Assembly: GCA_041695225.1 (NCBI GenBank)
Contig: JBGFRI010000019.1
Span: 1 to 47,838 of the forward strand
Direction: 5' to 3'
DNA length: 47,838 bases
DNA from: Deinococcota bacterium
GTDB lineage: Bacteria > Deinococcota > Deinococci > Deinococcales > Thermaceae
Both the position numbers and the translations under genes were made by a program. Positions 17,572 through 28,256 of this stretch are shown in pieces (the stretch's first letter is position 1; each line of letters begins with the position of its first letter). The notes beneath the pieces are model-generated. The model saw only the letters and a list, made by a program, of their open reading frames with translations. It was not told the DNA's origin and made no database searches.

Positions 17572-18636
17572 CTATCGGTATGTAAACCTGCGCCACAGCC
17601 ACTCCACCGGCCCCTGCTGGAAGTGGTGTAGCCACCAGCGGCTGAGCAACACCTGTAGCGCCACAAAGCCAGCGGCAAACAGCGGAAACCAGATCGGGTT
17701 GAGCTGTCCGTAAAATCCCAGCCCGTAGCCATAGAACAAGAGGCTCATGACCACCGATTGCAGCAGGTAGTTGCTCAGGGGCATCTGTCCGGCAAAGCGC
17801 AGGCCGTGCAGCCATCTCAGGCGCAGCCAGAACAGTCGGAGTAGGGCCAGGTAGACTAGGGCAAAGCACAGCCCGCCCAAGCCCCGCAGGGGAGGAAAGT
17901 TGGGATACAAAGTGTTGTAAAGGTTAACCGGAATGCCCAGCAGAAGACCCACCAGGACTACTTTCCAAAGCAGAGCAGGGGTAAAATACTGCCACCTAAG
18001 GGACAGATAAACCCCCAGCAAAAACAGCCCAATTATCTCCGGGCCAAAAAAGAGCGCCGAAAGGAGAGTGTTGCCCAGCCAGATCCCCAGCCGAAACTCC
18101 GTCACCTCCCAGAAACTACCAAGAAATACCTTTTCGCTGCCCGGAACAGGCATATGCTCGCGCCCGGCTACGGCTAACACAAACAGCAAGAGATAGCCTG
18201 CCAGCAGAAACCTGCCGATGCCCCAAAGCTGTTGTTCTTTGCCCAGATACCGCAGGACAAAAAGCCCCAGAAGGGCATAGGTGCCCAGGATATCTCCTTC
18301 GAAAAGGAAGATGCCATGCAGCGCGCCTATCCCCAGTAGCCACCATAACCGACGGCGCAGCAGGGCGCGCGCATCTAGCCCTGCGGCCATGAAACGCTGG
18401 TACTGCAGGGCCAGCCCCAGGCCAAATAAAATAGCGAAGATGGTGTAAAACTTGCCACTGAAGAAAAAAACCAGAATTTCCCGGCCCAGTGTATAGCTCT
18501 CGCCTTCCCCGTGAAGGCGGGCATAATGCCCTACCCCGGCAAAATACTCCAGATTTACTGCCAGTATTCCTAGCAAAGCCAGCCCCCGCACGGCGTCGAG
18601 AAAAGTGTCACGCTGAGCAGAGGGAAGAGGGCGCAC
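17572..18636 (-). CDS. DUF418 (YeiB-like) membrane protein
   Basis: LDAVRGLALLGI, GKFYTIF, GDIL, GQMPLSNYLLQS, GPVEWLWRRFTY. Confidence 0.9.
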   Translation of the reverse strand: MRPLPSAQRDTFLDAVRGLALLGILAVNLEYFAGVGHYARLHGEGESYTLGREILVFFFSGKFYTIFAILFGLGLALQYQRFMAAGLDARALLRRRLWWLLGIGALHGIFLFEGDILGTYALLGLFVLRYLGKEQQLWGIGRFLLAGYLLLFVLAVAGREHMPVPGSEKVFLGSFWEVTEFRLGIWLGNTLLSALFFGPEIIGLFLLGVYLSLRWQYFTPALLWKVVLVGLLLGIPVNLYNTLYPNFPPLRGLGGLCFALVYLALLRLFWLRLRWLHGLRFAGQMPLSNYLLQSVVMSLLFYGYGLGFYGQLNPIWFPLFAAGFVALQVLLSRWWLHHFQQGPVEWLWRRFTYR

Positions 18637-18834
18637 CGCGCAATTGTACGTGGAGCGCTCTATCGCTCACAAGCAGCAGGCTGGTGGGTACTCGTCTGCT
18701 TTCATGGGCATGGTCTGGGGCTTTGGGGGAAGCATCGCCCCCTGTGTTGATGTAGCCAGCGCTCCACGGTATTGATTTCACCAGCCCGACCCCTACCCAT
18801 GGCTACACTCAGACCGCAAGCGAATAAGCCTGTA

Positions 18835-18897
18835 GTAGGGTGCGGTACGCACCGCTTGAAATGGCTCCGCGATGGCCCGTAGGACGCAACACGCACC
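18835..18897 (+). repeat. Two GTAG-type REP-like sequences
   Basis: GTAGGGTGCG-GTA-CGCACC (18835-18853) and degenerate GTAGGACGCAACACGCACC (18879-18897) next to a RAYT remnant. Confidence 0.75.
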
Positions 18898-18916
18898 GCT
18901 GCTTCCTGATGCACCA

Positions 18917-19232
18917 TTACAAATCGAGCCTCTCCCAGAACGGCTCCTCAAAGCAAATACCATCACCCCATCCGGCTTCATACCGCCCCTTGCGAACACA
19001 CTGCCCAAAGGTTCAATAAGGCCACTCCCCTGGCTTTTGCATCAGCCCAAGTTTGACCGGGTTGAAGTGAATAAAGTCCATGTGGCGAGCGAAAACTTGC
19101 TGTTAATGTGGTGTTCCCTGTCCAGCGAGCGAAATCCCGCTGGTCTTTGATGCGGTGCTCCCAGAAGCGGCGCTGCCACAGAGTCGAATCGTTGCGTTTC
19201 TTCCGGGACCTGGACAGTCGTTGGCCAAACAA
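18917..19232 (-). pseudogene. REP-associated tyrosine transposase (RAYT, Y1 HUH) C-terminal remnant
   Basis: LWQRRFWEHRIKDQRDFAR | HMDFIHFNPVKLGL...EWPY*TF; frameshift, internal stop, N-terminus missing. Confidence 0.85.
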
Positions 19233-19240
19233 GGGTCAAA

Positions 19241-20179
19241 CTATTCGCCCAGCACTGCTTTGAGTTGGGGCAGGTGCTTCAGGACAAGGTAGCGGGTTAC
19301 GCCGGTTCCGCCTGTGCCGCGCAGCACCAATGCCAGCGAAGAGTTGTTGTTGATGCGGTTTACCATGACGGTTTTGCCGAGGTATTCAAGGCTGAGGCTC
19401 TGGACAGAGGATAGGTGATACCTATCACCCATCACACTCGAGATGGAGAGCAGGGTGTGCAGGTAGGTTGCCAGCAGATCGGGTTCCTCAATGGTCTGGC
19501 CCACCCAGGCCAATAGCTTGCCCATCCTGCTTATCACCAGGACACTCTCGATCTCGGGCTTATCCAAAAGAGGCCGCAAATTGTCCATCAGGGCCTGATT
19601 GTAGCTCTGAGCGGGAGCGGCTGGCTGGGGGGGTGGGAGGGGTTCGGTGTGAGTGGGAACAACAGACACGGCCGAGGATAGGGCAGAAGCAGCTAACGTT
19701 GGCGTTGCTGAGCTTCCGGTGAAAACAGGAGCTGCTGGAGCGGGTGCTGGGCTGGTAACTGGTGCCGGTGTGACCGCCGGCTTGCTAACAGGAGGGGCCA
19801 CCTGCCTGGCAGCACTGAGCGCGCGCTCAATTTTGGGGAAGAGGTCCTCGGGAGTAAAGGGTTTGGAGACCACGTCGAAGGCGCCGGCTTGCTGGGCCTG
19901 AGCCACCACCCCTTCATTGATGATGCCTGAAATGAGGATGACCGGCACAGCCTGGGTGGTCTTGCTGAGTTTTAGCATCTGGCAGAGTTCAAAGCCGCTC
20001 ATACCCGGCATGACTACATCCGCTATAACCAGATCGGGCGTACTGTGTCTGAGGGCCTCGAGGCCCTGCTCGGCGGTCTCGCTGGTGGTGACCACCAGGC
20101 CACGGGTGGATAACAGGCGCTCCAGCACCTTGCGTACGCTGGTGCTATCGTCAACAACAAGAACCTTGGCTTCTTGCAT
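19241..20179 (-). CDS. Response regulator: REC + Pro/Ala linker + Roadblock/LC7-like domain
   Basis: VVDDS, ADVVMPGMSG, SKPF; C-terminal ...PEIESVLVISRMGKLLA... Roadblock-like; alternative start 20191. Confidence 0.8.
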   Translation of the reverse strand: MQEAKVLVVDDSTSVRKVLERLLSTRGLVVTTSETAEQGLEALRHSTPDLVIADVVMPGMSGFELCQMLKLSKTTQAVPVILISGIINEGVVAQAQQAGAFDVVSKPFTPEDLFPKIERALSAARQVAPPVSKPAVTPAPVTSPAPAPAAPVFTGSSATPTLAASALSSAVSVVPTHTEPLPPPQPAAPAQSYNQALMDNLRPLLDKPEIESVLVISRMGKLLAWVGQTIEEPDLLATYLHTLLSISSVMGDRYHLSSVQSLSLEYLGKTVMVNRINNNSSLALVLRGTGGTGVTRYLVLKHLPQLKAVLGE

Positions 20180-20317
20180 AGTTACTCCCATGGTAGGGCC
20201 TGGCTGCGTCTGGCGTAGTGATGTGTAACCATTACTGGGTGCGACTGCGCTTGTGGTTTGGGCATGGCTACTGGTCGAGCAACAACATTCTCAAATCTGG
20301 TGTAGCCTTGTGGGCTG

Positions 20318-20381
20318 GTCGAAAGTCAGAAGTCGAAGGCCATATACCCACGGCACCTTCGACCTTAGACCTCCGACAGAT
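20318..20381. repeat. Head-to-head heptamer array
   Basis: gtcgaaa gtcagaa gtcgaag gccatat ... caccttc gacctta gacctcc gacagat. Confidence 0.8.
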
Positions 20382-20387
20382 CTGCAT

Positions 20388-21125
20388 CTAGTTGAGGCCA
20401 TGTTGACGATGATCCATTTCCACTGCTAGTAAGAGCAGAAGCTGGTCGGTGCTTTTGCGGATAGTGACAGGCTCGAAGAAGAAGTCGGACTCGGTGAGGG
20501 GTTCGAAGTGAAACTGGCCCTTCTTTTTCTTCTCCGACTCGAGCATCAAGTGGAGTACTGCATCTTCACCGCTTCGGCCGGCATACTCGGCGTGAATGAG
20601 CTGCCCGCTGGAAAAAAGCCAGTTGGCGCTGCCGCCCTCTACTTCTACCCGCAGGCGTCCGGTCTTGGCGGCCTTGGCCAGCCACTGGGCCAGCTCGAAC
20701 AGGCTCACATCGCCCAACTGCCCCTGAATACCGTGCTGCGCTACGGGGTTGGCGGGCTCGGAGATATAGGTTTTGCGGGTGAGCTCGAGGATTAGCCGGT
20801 ATGCGCTCCGCACTACCTCCGCCGCGCCGCTGTCGGCAGGCATAATCAGATCCAGATCGCTGGTATTTGGCGAGGTGGCGTCGTCAAGCAGGACAAAAGG
20901 CACCAGGGTGAGCTGGCGGTCGGAGCGAACCAGGTCAAAGAACTCCACGCCGCTCAGGTCACTCAGCAAGGCGGTGCTAACTATCACGTCGGGGCGGCTG
21001 CGTTCCAGCAGGGTCATGGCATACAGGGCACTACTCTCTACCTGGACATCAAAACCCGACAGGGTAAAGCTGTCTTTGAGCGCGTTGCCCCGCGCTGGTT
21101 GACCAGTCAGGATCAGTGCCTTCAT
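20388..21125 (-). CDS. Pseudo-receiver + DUF4388 (PatA N-terminal-like) protein
   Basis: Degenerate REC (PDVIVST, no phosphoacceptor D); G.LGDVSLFELAQW..KTGRL...G.LIHAE..GEDA..G.FHF..LLL pattern of DUF4388. Confidence 0.82.
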   Translation of the reverse strand: MKALILTGQPARGNALKDSFTLSGFDVQVESSALYAMTLLERSRPDVIVSTALLSDLSGVEFFDLVRSDRQLTLVPFVLLDDATSPNTSDLDLIMPADSGAAEVVRSAYRLILELTRKTYISEPANPVAQHGIQGQLGDVSLFELAQWLAKAAKTGRLRVEVEGGSANWLFSSGQLIHAEYAGRSGEDAVLHLMLESEKKKKGQFHFEPLTESDFFFEPVTIRKSTDQLLLLLAVEMDHRQHGLN

Positions 21126-21232
21126 CAAGTAATCTCCTTTGCCAGGCCGTTAGAACTGGTAATACCTTCAAAGCTGTCTTCCTCAACACACATTGGCAGG
21201 GAGACCGGGTGAGGCGCGTCAACTACCATCGG

Positions 21233-24013
21233 CTATACCCCCTGCAAAAACCGGCCCAATTCTACCTCGTCGGCGGGCTTGGTCAGGTAGGCATTTGCAC
21301 CAAGCTCGACGGCCAGGTCGCGGTGTTTGGTCGAGGCCCGGGTGGTCAGCACGGCCACCGGAAGGTGGGAGAGATTGGGGCGGCGACGCACTTCTTCCAG
21401 CAACTCGAAACCCGACATGCGGGGCATCTCGAGGTCGGTCACCACGGCCTGGAACGACTGCTGCTCCAGCAGCTCGAGGGCCTCTTGCCCATCGGCTGCG
21501 GTGATGACCTGGTGTCCGGCCTTGCGCAGCATCTGCGCCACCACCTTACGCACCGAGAGCGAGTCGTCTACCAGCAAAACCGGAAACTGCCGGATACCAT
21601 CAGGCTCGATACGGGTCTGAATGGGCGCCGAGGAACCCATGGACAGCAGCCCGATGGGGCTCAGTACCACAATTACTTGGCCGGTAGCCGAGATGGTCGC
21701 TCCAATCAGGTGGGGCAGCTCGGAAAGGGGGGCGGCGAGGGGCTTGACCAGGGCTTGCTGCAACCCAATGAAGCGTTCAGCGGCCAGCGCGACCAGTTCC
21801 CCGCCGCGTCCTTCTACCACCGCCAGGGCATACTCGTCCTGGTCGTGCTCCAGGGAAGGCAGGCCCAGAAGCCCGCTCAGCGGCTTGATCGGGATGGCGC
21901 TACCTTCGTAAGCCACTTCCTGGCTACCGGCAGGCGCGGTGAGCAGGGTGAGCAGGCTTTCGCGCGGGAGGGCTATCACCTGGCCACCGGTCTGGAGCAC
22001 CAGGATGTCGGTGACCACCAGGTTCTGGGGGATGCGCAGGCGGAAGGTGGTTCCCAGACCAGTGCGGGTTTCCACACTCAAATCACCACGAAGCCGGCGG
22101 ATGGTGGCGGCCACGGCATCCATGCCCACCCCGCGCCCAGCCAGATCCGAGACCACCGGGGCGGTGGACAGGCCCGAGAGGAAGATAAGCTGGACAGCCT
22201 CTTCGGGGCGCATGGCCTCTACCTGGGCCGGTGTACGCAGGCCCTTTTCGAGGGCTTTTTGCTTTACTGCCTCGAGGTCGATACCCCGCCCATCGTCACT
22301 GACTTCCAGCACCAGGGTGCTGCGCTGCCGGTGGGTGCGGATACTCAAAATACCCTGGGGCTCCTTGCCCTTGGCCAGGCGCTCTTCGGGGCTTTCCAGG
22401 CCGTGGATAACCGCGTTGTTGACCAGGTGTACTAAGGCCTCGGACAGGCCGTCGAGCAGTACCGAGTCAATTTCGACCTGCTCGCCTAAGAAGCGCATCT
22501 GGACAGGTTTCCCACCGGCTATTTGCTGTACCTGGCGGGTAAGGCGCTGGTAGAAACGGCCAATCGGGATCAGGCGGGCGCGGCCTACCTCGTTACGCAG
22601 GTCCTGGGATAGTTTGCCAAACTGGCTGGTCTCCTGGCGGAAAGCCTGAAGCTGTTCGCTCAGGGTACTGCGTATCTCAGCCAGGTCACTGGTCATCTCC
22701 TGAATGGAGCGGGCCAGGATGTTCAGATCGTCGTAGCGGTCAAACTCGAGTTCAGAAAAGAGCTCCTGTACGCTCTTGCCCAGGCTGGACTGGGCCTGGG
22801 GGGTCTGGGGGTGGTTCTGGGCGTCCTGCGAGAGCGAGAGGCGCGGGTTGAGGTAGCGGTTTTCGAAATTGCTGGTCGTACGTAACAGACGCTGACGGGC
22901 GCTTTCCAGAAGGCCGTCCATCTCCTCGAACTGCTTTACCAGCAGCTCGAGGCGCGAGCGGGTCACCAGGGTTTCGCCGGCAATGTCCAGCAGGGCGTCC
23001 AGACGCTCGAGGCTCACCCGCACCGAAGGAGTGGTCCCAGCACGGACCCGCTGCTGGGGTGCTGCTGGCTCGGGTGAGGGAGTGGGTGTGGCTGGGGCCG
23101 GCTGGCTATCGGGGTGGGTGGGGGCTTCTTGTCCGAGCAAAAGCGCCAGGCGGCTGTGTAAGGCCAAAAGCTGCCCGGGCAGCGACTGGGCTGCCTGAAG
23201 GTCCTTGCCTTCGGCTACTACAATCATCCTGCCCAGTATCTGCGAGCCCTCAATCATCACCTGGGCAGTCTCGTGGCTCCAGGTACGGCGACCCTCGTGT
23301 ACCTCCACCATCAGGTCTTCGAGCCGGTGGGCGAAGTCGCCGATGGGTTTGCAGCCCACCGAGTAGGCGGCGCCTTTTACGGTGTGCATCGCCCTGAACA
23401 GGGCTTGCAGGTGTTCGCCACTCTCGTGTCCGGACTCCATGCTTACCAGCGCGTTGCCCACCTGTTCGAGGTTTTCCAGGGTCTCGGGAGCGAAGAACTC
23501 CCAGAACTCGGCACTCTGCCGGTAAAACCTCTGTAGCTCCTCAACCACGCTGGTCTGGAGGTCGGGATCTGGCTTGGGGTCTTGGGGCGCGGCCTCGGGG
23601 GGTTCGCGCACGAAAGCCTCGGGGTTGTCGCTGGTGAGTTCTGCGATCAGCTGGGCGGCGCCCAGGCGGCCTAGCTCGAGGCCCACCCGGCCTTCAGTAC
23701 CGTGCAAAACGATATTTTCCAGCGCAGTTATTAGCACCGCGGTTGCCTGGCCCATGAATTCGATCACTTTGGCCTGCTGAACCTCGGTGTAATAGGGTGC
23801 GCCCTCCAGCATGCGCTCGACCAGGGCTCCCAGGTTAGAGGTCTGGGGAAAGCCGTACAAGCCTGCCGACCCTTTGAGGCGGTGGGCCATCACCACCAGA
23901 GGCTCGTGGCGACCCATGCTCAAAAACTCGGGGGTCTGCTCAAAGACCACCACGGTTTCCCAGGCCTCGTCGAGGAAAGTTTGCAGCAGATCAGGTATGG
24001 TCGTAGCGGGCAT
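21233..24013 (-). CDS. cheA: CheA-like hybrid kinase (2 Hpt, HATPase, CheW, REC; ChpA type)
   Basis: AHRLKGSA, MHTVKGAA, HLVNNAVIHG, DDGRG, GRGVGMD, CheW domain, C-terminal REC. Confidence 0.93.
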   Translation of the reverse strand: MPATTIPDLLQTFLDEAWETVVVFEQTPEFLSMGRHEPLVVMAHRLKGSAGLYGFPQTSNLGALVERMLEGAPYYTEVQQAKVIEFMGQATAVLITALENIVLHGTEGRVGLELGRLGAAQLIAELTSDNPEAFVREPPEAAPQDPKPDPDLQTSVVEELQRFYRQSAEFWEFFAPETLENLEQVGNALVSMESGHESGEHLQALFRAMHTVKGAAYSVGCKPIGDFAHRLEDLMVEVHEGRRTWSHETAQVMIEGSQILGRMIVVAEGKDLQAAQSLPGQLLALHSRLALLLGQEAPTHPDSQPAPATPTPSPEPAAPQQRVRAGTTPSVRVSLERLDALLDIAGETLVTRSRLELLVKQFEEMDGLLESARQRLLRTTSNFENRYLNPRLSLSQDAQNHPQTPQAQSSLGKSVQELFSELEFDRYDDLNILARSIQEMTSDLAEIRSTLSEQLQAFRQETSQFGKLSQDLRNEVGRARLIPIGRFYQRLTRQVQQIAGGKPVQMRFLGEQVEIDSVLLDGLSEALVHLVNNAVIHGLESPEERLAKGKEPQGILSIRTHRQRSTLVLEVSDDGRGIDLEAVKQKALEKGLRTPAQVEAMRPEEAVQLIFLSGLSTAPVVSDLAGRGVGMDAVAATIRRLRGDLSVETRTGLGTTFRLRIPQNLVVTDILVLQTGGQVIALPRESLLTLLTAPAGSQEVAYEGSAIPIKPLSGLLGLPSLEHDQDEYALAVVEGRGGELVALAAERFIGLQQALVKPLAAPLSELPHLIGATISATGQVIVVLSPIGLLSMGSSAPIQTRIEPDGIRQFPVLLVDDSLSVRKVVAQMLRKAGHQVITAADGQEALELLEQQSFQAVVTDLEMPRMSGFELLEEVRRRPNLSHLPVAVLTTRASTKHRDLAVELGANAYLTKPADEVELGRFLQGV

Positions 24014-24021
24014 GCAGGCTC

Positions 24022-25968
24022 CTAGTCGGGCAGGCGGAAACGACCCAGGCTACTCGAAAGCTGTTCGGACAGAGTGCCAATGGTCTCGGCCCCTCGACGC
24101 CCCTCCTGGCTCTGTTGGCCGGTTTGTTGCGCAGTATGGGCAATCTTTTGCACAGCCTGGTCCACCTTCTCCACTACCACTACCTGATTATGGGCCAGAG
24201 CCGAGATTTCTTGGGCCAGGCCAGCGGATTGTGCGGCCAGTTTGGCGATCTCCTCGAGGCGGCTTCCGGCGCTGGCGGCCACCCCATACCCGGTCTCCAC
24301 CTCGCGTACCCCGTCGCGAACCAGCCCCACCACGCGGGCGATCTCGCTTTGTACCTGTTGGACCAGGCTGCTCACCCGGCTGGTCTCGCGGGCCGACTCT
24401 TCGGCCAGCCGGCGAATTTCATCTGCCACAATGGCGAAGCGGCGACCAGCGGCCCCTGCACCGGCTGCTTCGAAAGAGGCGTTGAGGGCCAGCAGGTTGG
24501 TCTGGGAAGCAAAATCCTCCAGTGCTTTGGTAATGCTCTCGATCTCGGCGGAGCGCTGGGCCAGGCTGGCGATGTTCTCGGCGATAACCTGCATCTCCAG
24601 CCGGATATCGCTCATGCCCGAGAGGGTCTGGGTCACCGCCTGCCGACCCAGCTGGGCCGACTCGAGGGTCTGGCGGGCAGCCTGGGCGGTAATACCCGCG
24701 CTTTGGGCCATCTGGCGGATGCTCTGGGTCACCAGCTGGGTCTGGTTTTGCACCTGGTCTACTTCCTGGGCTTGCAGCAAGGCTCCGCCGGCAATGGAGG
24801 CGGTAAGCTGGTTCATCTGAGCGGCGCCCTGCCTTACCGACTCGGCGGCTCGCCGAACCTCTGCCAGGAGTGCCGCAATTTCCTCGACGCTCAGGTTCAC
24901 CGCATCTACCACACTGCCCAGAGCATCGTTGCTAACCTCGCCGCGTTTGGTAAGGTCGCCGCTGGCAATCTGGGTAGCTACATCGAGGAAGCGGCGCACG
25001 TTTTGTTGTAGCTCTAACCCGCGCTGCCTTTCCTCTTCCTGCTGGGCCAGGAAGCTACGCAACTGTTCCACCGCGCTGTCTAAGGTGCGGGACACCACCC
25101 CTAGCTCGTCGCGCCCGCCCAGGCCGGTCAGGTGGTCGTAGCGGCCCTGCTGCAAAGCCTCGGCCCCGCGCAGCAGCTTGCGTGAGCGTTGCTGCAGTGA
25201 GCGCAGCAGCAGGCCGTTAAACAAAGCCATCAGCACCAGCCCGACCACAAGCACTGCAATAAAGGTACTGCGCGACTGCTGGTAAGCGGCGCTGGCCTCG
25301 GCGCGGGAGACCTCGGCGAACTGGGTGTTGATCTCAATCAGGTTGCGCAGGTCGGCCCGCACCTGATCGAAGCCCAGTTGAACTGCTTCTAGGGTGCGGG
25401 GGTCAATCCGGTCGGCCATGGCTTGCTGGCTAAGGCGTTCAAAAAAGGGGATCACGGCCTGGTGGGAGGTCTTGAGCTCTTGTAAGACCTCGGCCTCGAG
25501 CCTCTGCGCATCGGTCTGGCCGTGTCGCTCTAGCGCCGCGGTAAAAGCAGGGTTAGCGCTGCTGATCCACTCGGTCTGGTAGCGTTCCACAATGAAGGCA
25601 GTCTCTTCCAAGGTCTGCTGGCTGAGGGTGATCAGGGCGGCGCGGTGCCCGGCCGAGGTGTTGGGGTTAGCTATGACCGCGACGTTGCGCTGTAGCTCAG
25701 CGTAGCGGCTTTCAGCGATACCCAATGAAACCTGCGAGGCTAAGGTGAACTGGTACAGGTGGTCGGTCTGCTGGCGCAGGAGTCCCAGGCCCCACAGGCT
25801 CGCGGCCGCCAACAGCGCCACGATTAGCAGAATGCCCAGGCCGTTTACCGCAAACCTGACCGCAAAGGGGGTATCCTCGAGGAAAGCCCGCAGAAGACTT
25901 GGGCGCGATGTTTTGCCACTTTCCGCCAGGTTGGGCGGAGGTATGGGTAAAGAACTCGGCTTCACCAC
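24022..25968 (-). CDS. Methyl-accepting chemotaxis protein (PilJ-like)
   Basis: 2 TM, four-helix sensor, [37 protein letters not shown]. Confidence 0.93.
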   Translation of the reverse strand: MVKPSSLPIPPPNLAESGKTSRPSLLRAFLEDTPFAVRFAVNGLGILLIVALLAAASLWGLGLLRQQTDHLYQFTLASQVSLGIAESRYAELQRNVAVIANPNTSAGHRAALITLSQQTLEETAFIVERYQTEWISSANPAFTAALERHGQTDAQRLEAEVLQELKTSHQAVIPFFERLSQQAMADRIDPRTLEAVQLGFDQVRADLRNLIEINTQFAEVSRAEASAAYQQSRSTFIAVLVVGLVLMALFNGLLLRSLQQRSRKLLRGAEALQQGRYDHLTGLGGRDELGVVSRTLDSAVEQLRSFLAQQEEERQRGLELQQNVRRFLDVATQIASGDLTKRGEVSNDALGSVVDAVNLSVEEIAALLAEVRRAAESVRQGAAQMNQLTASIAGGALLQAQEVDQVQNQTQLVTQSIRQMAQSAGITAQAARQTLESAQLGRQAVTQTLSGMSDIRLEMQVIAENIASLAQRSAEIESITKALEDFASQTNLLALNASFEAAGAGAAGRRFAIVADEIRRLAEESARETSRVSSLVQQVQSEIARVVGLVRDGVREVETGYGVAASAGSRLEEIAKLAAQSAGLAQEISALAHNQVVVVEKVDQAVQKIAHTAQQTGQQSQEGRRGAETIGTLSEQLSSSLGRFRLPD

Positions 25969-25979
25969 GGCGCACTCCT

Positions 25980-28256
25980 TTAGGCGGGCAGCCGGAAGCG
26001 GGTCAGGCTCTCTTGGAGCTGCTGGGCCAGTGCCCTCAGATCCTCGGCGGTCTGCCGGCCTTTACGGCTTTCCTGGTCAGTCTCTAGGGCAGTGTTGTAA
26101 ATCTCCTGTACCGCGTGGGTGACCTCCTCTACCCGGCCCACGTTCTCCTGGGTAGCCTGGGCCACATAGCGGGCAGCATCGGCCGACTGCTGGGCCAGGG
26201 AGGCGATCTGCTCGAGCCTGCTCCCGGCCTCGGCGGCAATCTGGTAGCCCTGCTCCACCTCGCGGGTGCCGCCTTCTACCGCGACCACCACCCCTTGAAT
26301 TTCGGTCTGGATGCCCTTGACCAGCAAGCCCACCCGCTGGGCTGCGCGCGCCGAGTCTTCGGCCAGCTTGCGCACCTGGTCGGCCACCACCGCAAAACGC
26401 GCGCCCGCATCACCAGCGCCAGCGGCCTCAATGGCAGCATTGAGGGCCAGCAGGTTGGTCTGCTTGGCGATGCGACCGATGGCGTCAACTACTTCTGAGA
26501 TCTCCAGCGAGCGGTCGGACAGGCCCTTGATGTTTTTGGAGATGCTCTGCACCTCACGGCGGATGCTTTGCATGCCCGACAGGGTGTTTTGTACCGCGCC
26601 CTGGCCTTGCTCGGCGGCCTCACGGGCCTGGAGCACCAGACTGGTGCCCTGTGCTACCTGGCTGGCCATCGTGCGGATGTTGTCAGCAGCATCCAGAGCT
26701 TCGATGCGGGCCCTGGCCGAAAGCTCGGCTTGTGACTCGGCTTTTTCCTGTATGCTGGCCGAGCTCTGGGCCATCTGCAAAGCACCCTGGTTAACCATCT
26801 CAGTCGCTGTCTGAACCTGCTTGAGCAGGTAGGCTATTTCTTCGACGGTCAGGTTCACCGCATCTACCACGTTGCCCAGTACGTCCTCCGTCACGCGCCC
26901 GCGTTTGCTCAGGTCACCCTGGGCGATGTCCATGACTACGTTGAGGAAAGCGCCGATGTTTTCTTGCAGCAGCTTGCTCTGACGAAGCTGCTCGGCATCG
27001 GCTTCGGCTTTGGCCTTGAGCTGCAGGGTGGTTTCGTTGAAGGTGCGGGCCAGCGAGCCCAGCTCGTCGGAGGATTGCACCGCGACCTGTACCCCCAGGT
27101 CGCCTTTGCGCAGGCGGGTAGAGGCCGAAAACAACTGGGCCACCGGACCGGTAACCGAACGGGTCACCGTGCCTACCACACCCAATGCCAGCACCAGGGC
27201 CAGGGCAATTACCACGAAGGTGAGGGCCTGCTCATGGTGAACTCCTAGCCAGGCCACCATCATCTGCCGGTCTACCAGGCCAAGGGTCTTGAGTTGTAAC
27301 TCGGTAATGCCCGTATTGATCCTGGCGATAGCTGCACCGTACTCGGCCGGGCTATAGGTAAGCCGGGCCGGGGCCTGGAGAGCAGTAGTCAGCAGGGTGT
27401 CCAGCTGGTTCACCTGCTCGACGATGCGCTCGAGCTCCAGGGCTATGGCCTCCAGATCGCGGTCATGGGCGACCTCGGTCTGGGTAATATTCCACAGGAT
27501 GGTCTCAGACTGGCGCCTGACCTGGCTGAGCAGGCTCATGATCTGCTCCCGCTCAAAGATCAAAGCCGAGCCTCGAGTAAACACCTCCATGCCCAGGAAG
27601 CGCAGCTGGGCCAGGGTCTCGCGCATCTCAGGCAGGTGTCGTACAGCGGTCTCGGTGATAAGGAAGACCTCGGCCTCGGTGCCCAGGAGTAGCCCCGAGG
27701 AGAGCGATACCCGCTCTACCACCCTCTGCAACTGGCCGATCAAGCGGTGATGAAGCTCAAAGATCTCACTGTTTGGAGCAGCTGCAGCCCGGTTCTTGAT
27801 GTTCACCCAGGCCTGGCCGATCTCCTGCAAAACCGGTGCCAGTCCGTAGCGGTCACCCAGACTGTTGTTTAGCTCGGTCAGCCGGGCCAGCGCAGCATCT
27901 ACATCGGCGGCCTCCTGGGCCAGATCGGCTCTGGCGCCCAGCCAACGTGCATCCAGAGAATGGCGGCGGTGCTGGCTGACCTGCTGGACAGCTTCGAAAA
28001 GTAGCGTCGCGTACTGATACCCTATCAGTCGGTCACGGGCCTGGGCCTCCTGGCGCTGCTGGTTCAGGTAAAGGGTGGCAACCGGCCAGACCCCGGCCAC
28101 CGAGAAGGCCAGCACAATCAGCAGAAGTTTCTGCCAGATTTTGAGAGAGCCCAGGAAGCCACCTGCGGATGCCAGTTGGGTTGCCGGCGCCGGGGGGCGT
28201 GGGCTGGTTCGCTGGGCCGGGCGAGTAGGGGAGGGTTTGGGGCCTTGGCGGATCAT
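25980..28256 (-). CDS. Methyl-accepting chemotaxis protein (PilJ-like, large extracellular domain)
   Basis: 2 TM, HAMP ([11 protein letters not shown]), [33 protein letters not shown]. Confidence 0.93.
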   Translation of the reverse strand: MIRQGPKPSPTRPAQRTSPRPPAPATQLASAGGFLGSLKIWQKLLLIVLAFSVAGVWPVATLYLNQQRQEAQARDRLIGYQYATLLFEAVQQVSQHRRHSLDARWLGARADLAQEAADVDAALARLTELNNSLGDRYGLAPVLQEIGQAWVNIKNRAAAAPNSEIFELHHRLIGQLQRVVERVSLSSGLLLGTEAEVFLITETAVRHLPEMRETLAQLRFLGMEVFTRGSALIFEREQIMSLLSQVRRQSETILWNITQTEVAHDRDLEAIALELERIVEQVNQLDTLLTTALQAPARLTYSPAEYGAAIARINTGITELQLKTLGLVDRQMMVAWLGVHHEQALTFVVIALALVLALGVVGTVTRSVTGPVAQLFSASTRLRKGDLGVQVAVQSSDELGSLARTFNETTLQLKAKAEADAEQLRQSKLLQENIGAFLNVVMDIAQGDLSKRGRVTEDVLGNVVDAVNLTVEEIAYLLKQVQTATEMVNQGALQMAQSSASIQEKAESQAELSARARIEALDAADNIRTMASQVAQGTSLVLQAREAAEQGQGAVQNTLSGMQSIRREVQSISKNIKGLSDRSLEISEVVDAIGRIAKQTNLLALNAAIEAAGAGDAGARFAVVADQVRKLAEDSARAAQRVGLLVKGIQTEIQGVVVAVEGGTREVEQGYQIAAEAGSRLEQIASLAQQSADAARYVAQATQENVGRVEEVTHAVQEIYNTALETDQESRKGRQTAEDLRALAQQLQESLTRFRLPA

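Noticed and set aside
21116..22435. 439-aa plus-strand ORF
   Set aside because: Antisense shadow of cheA, typical of high-GC DNA
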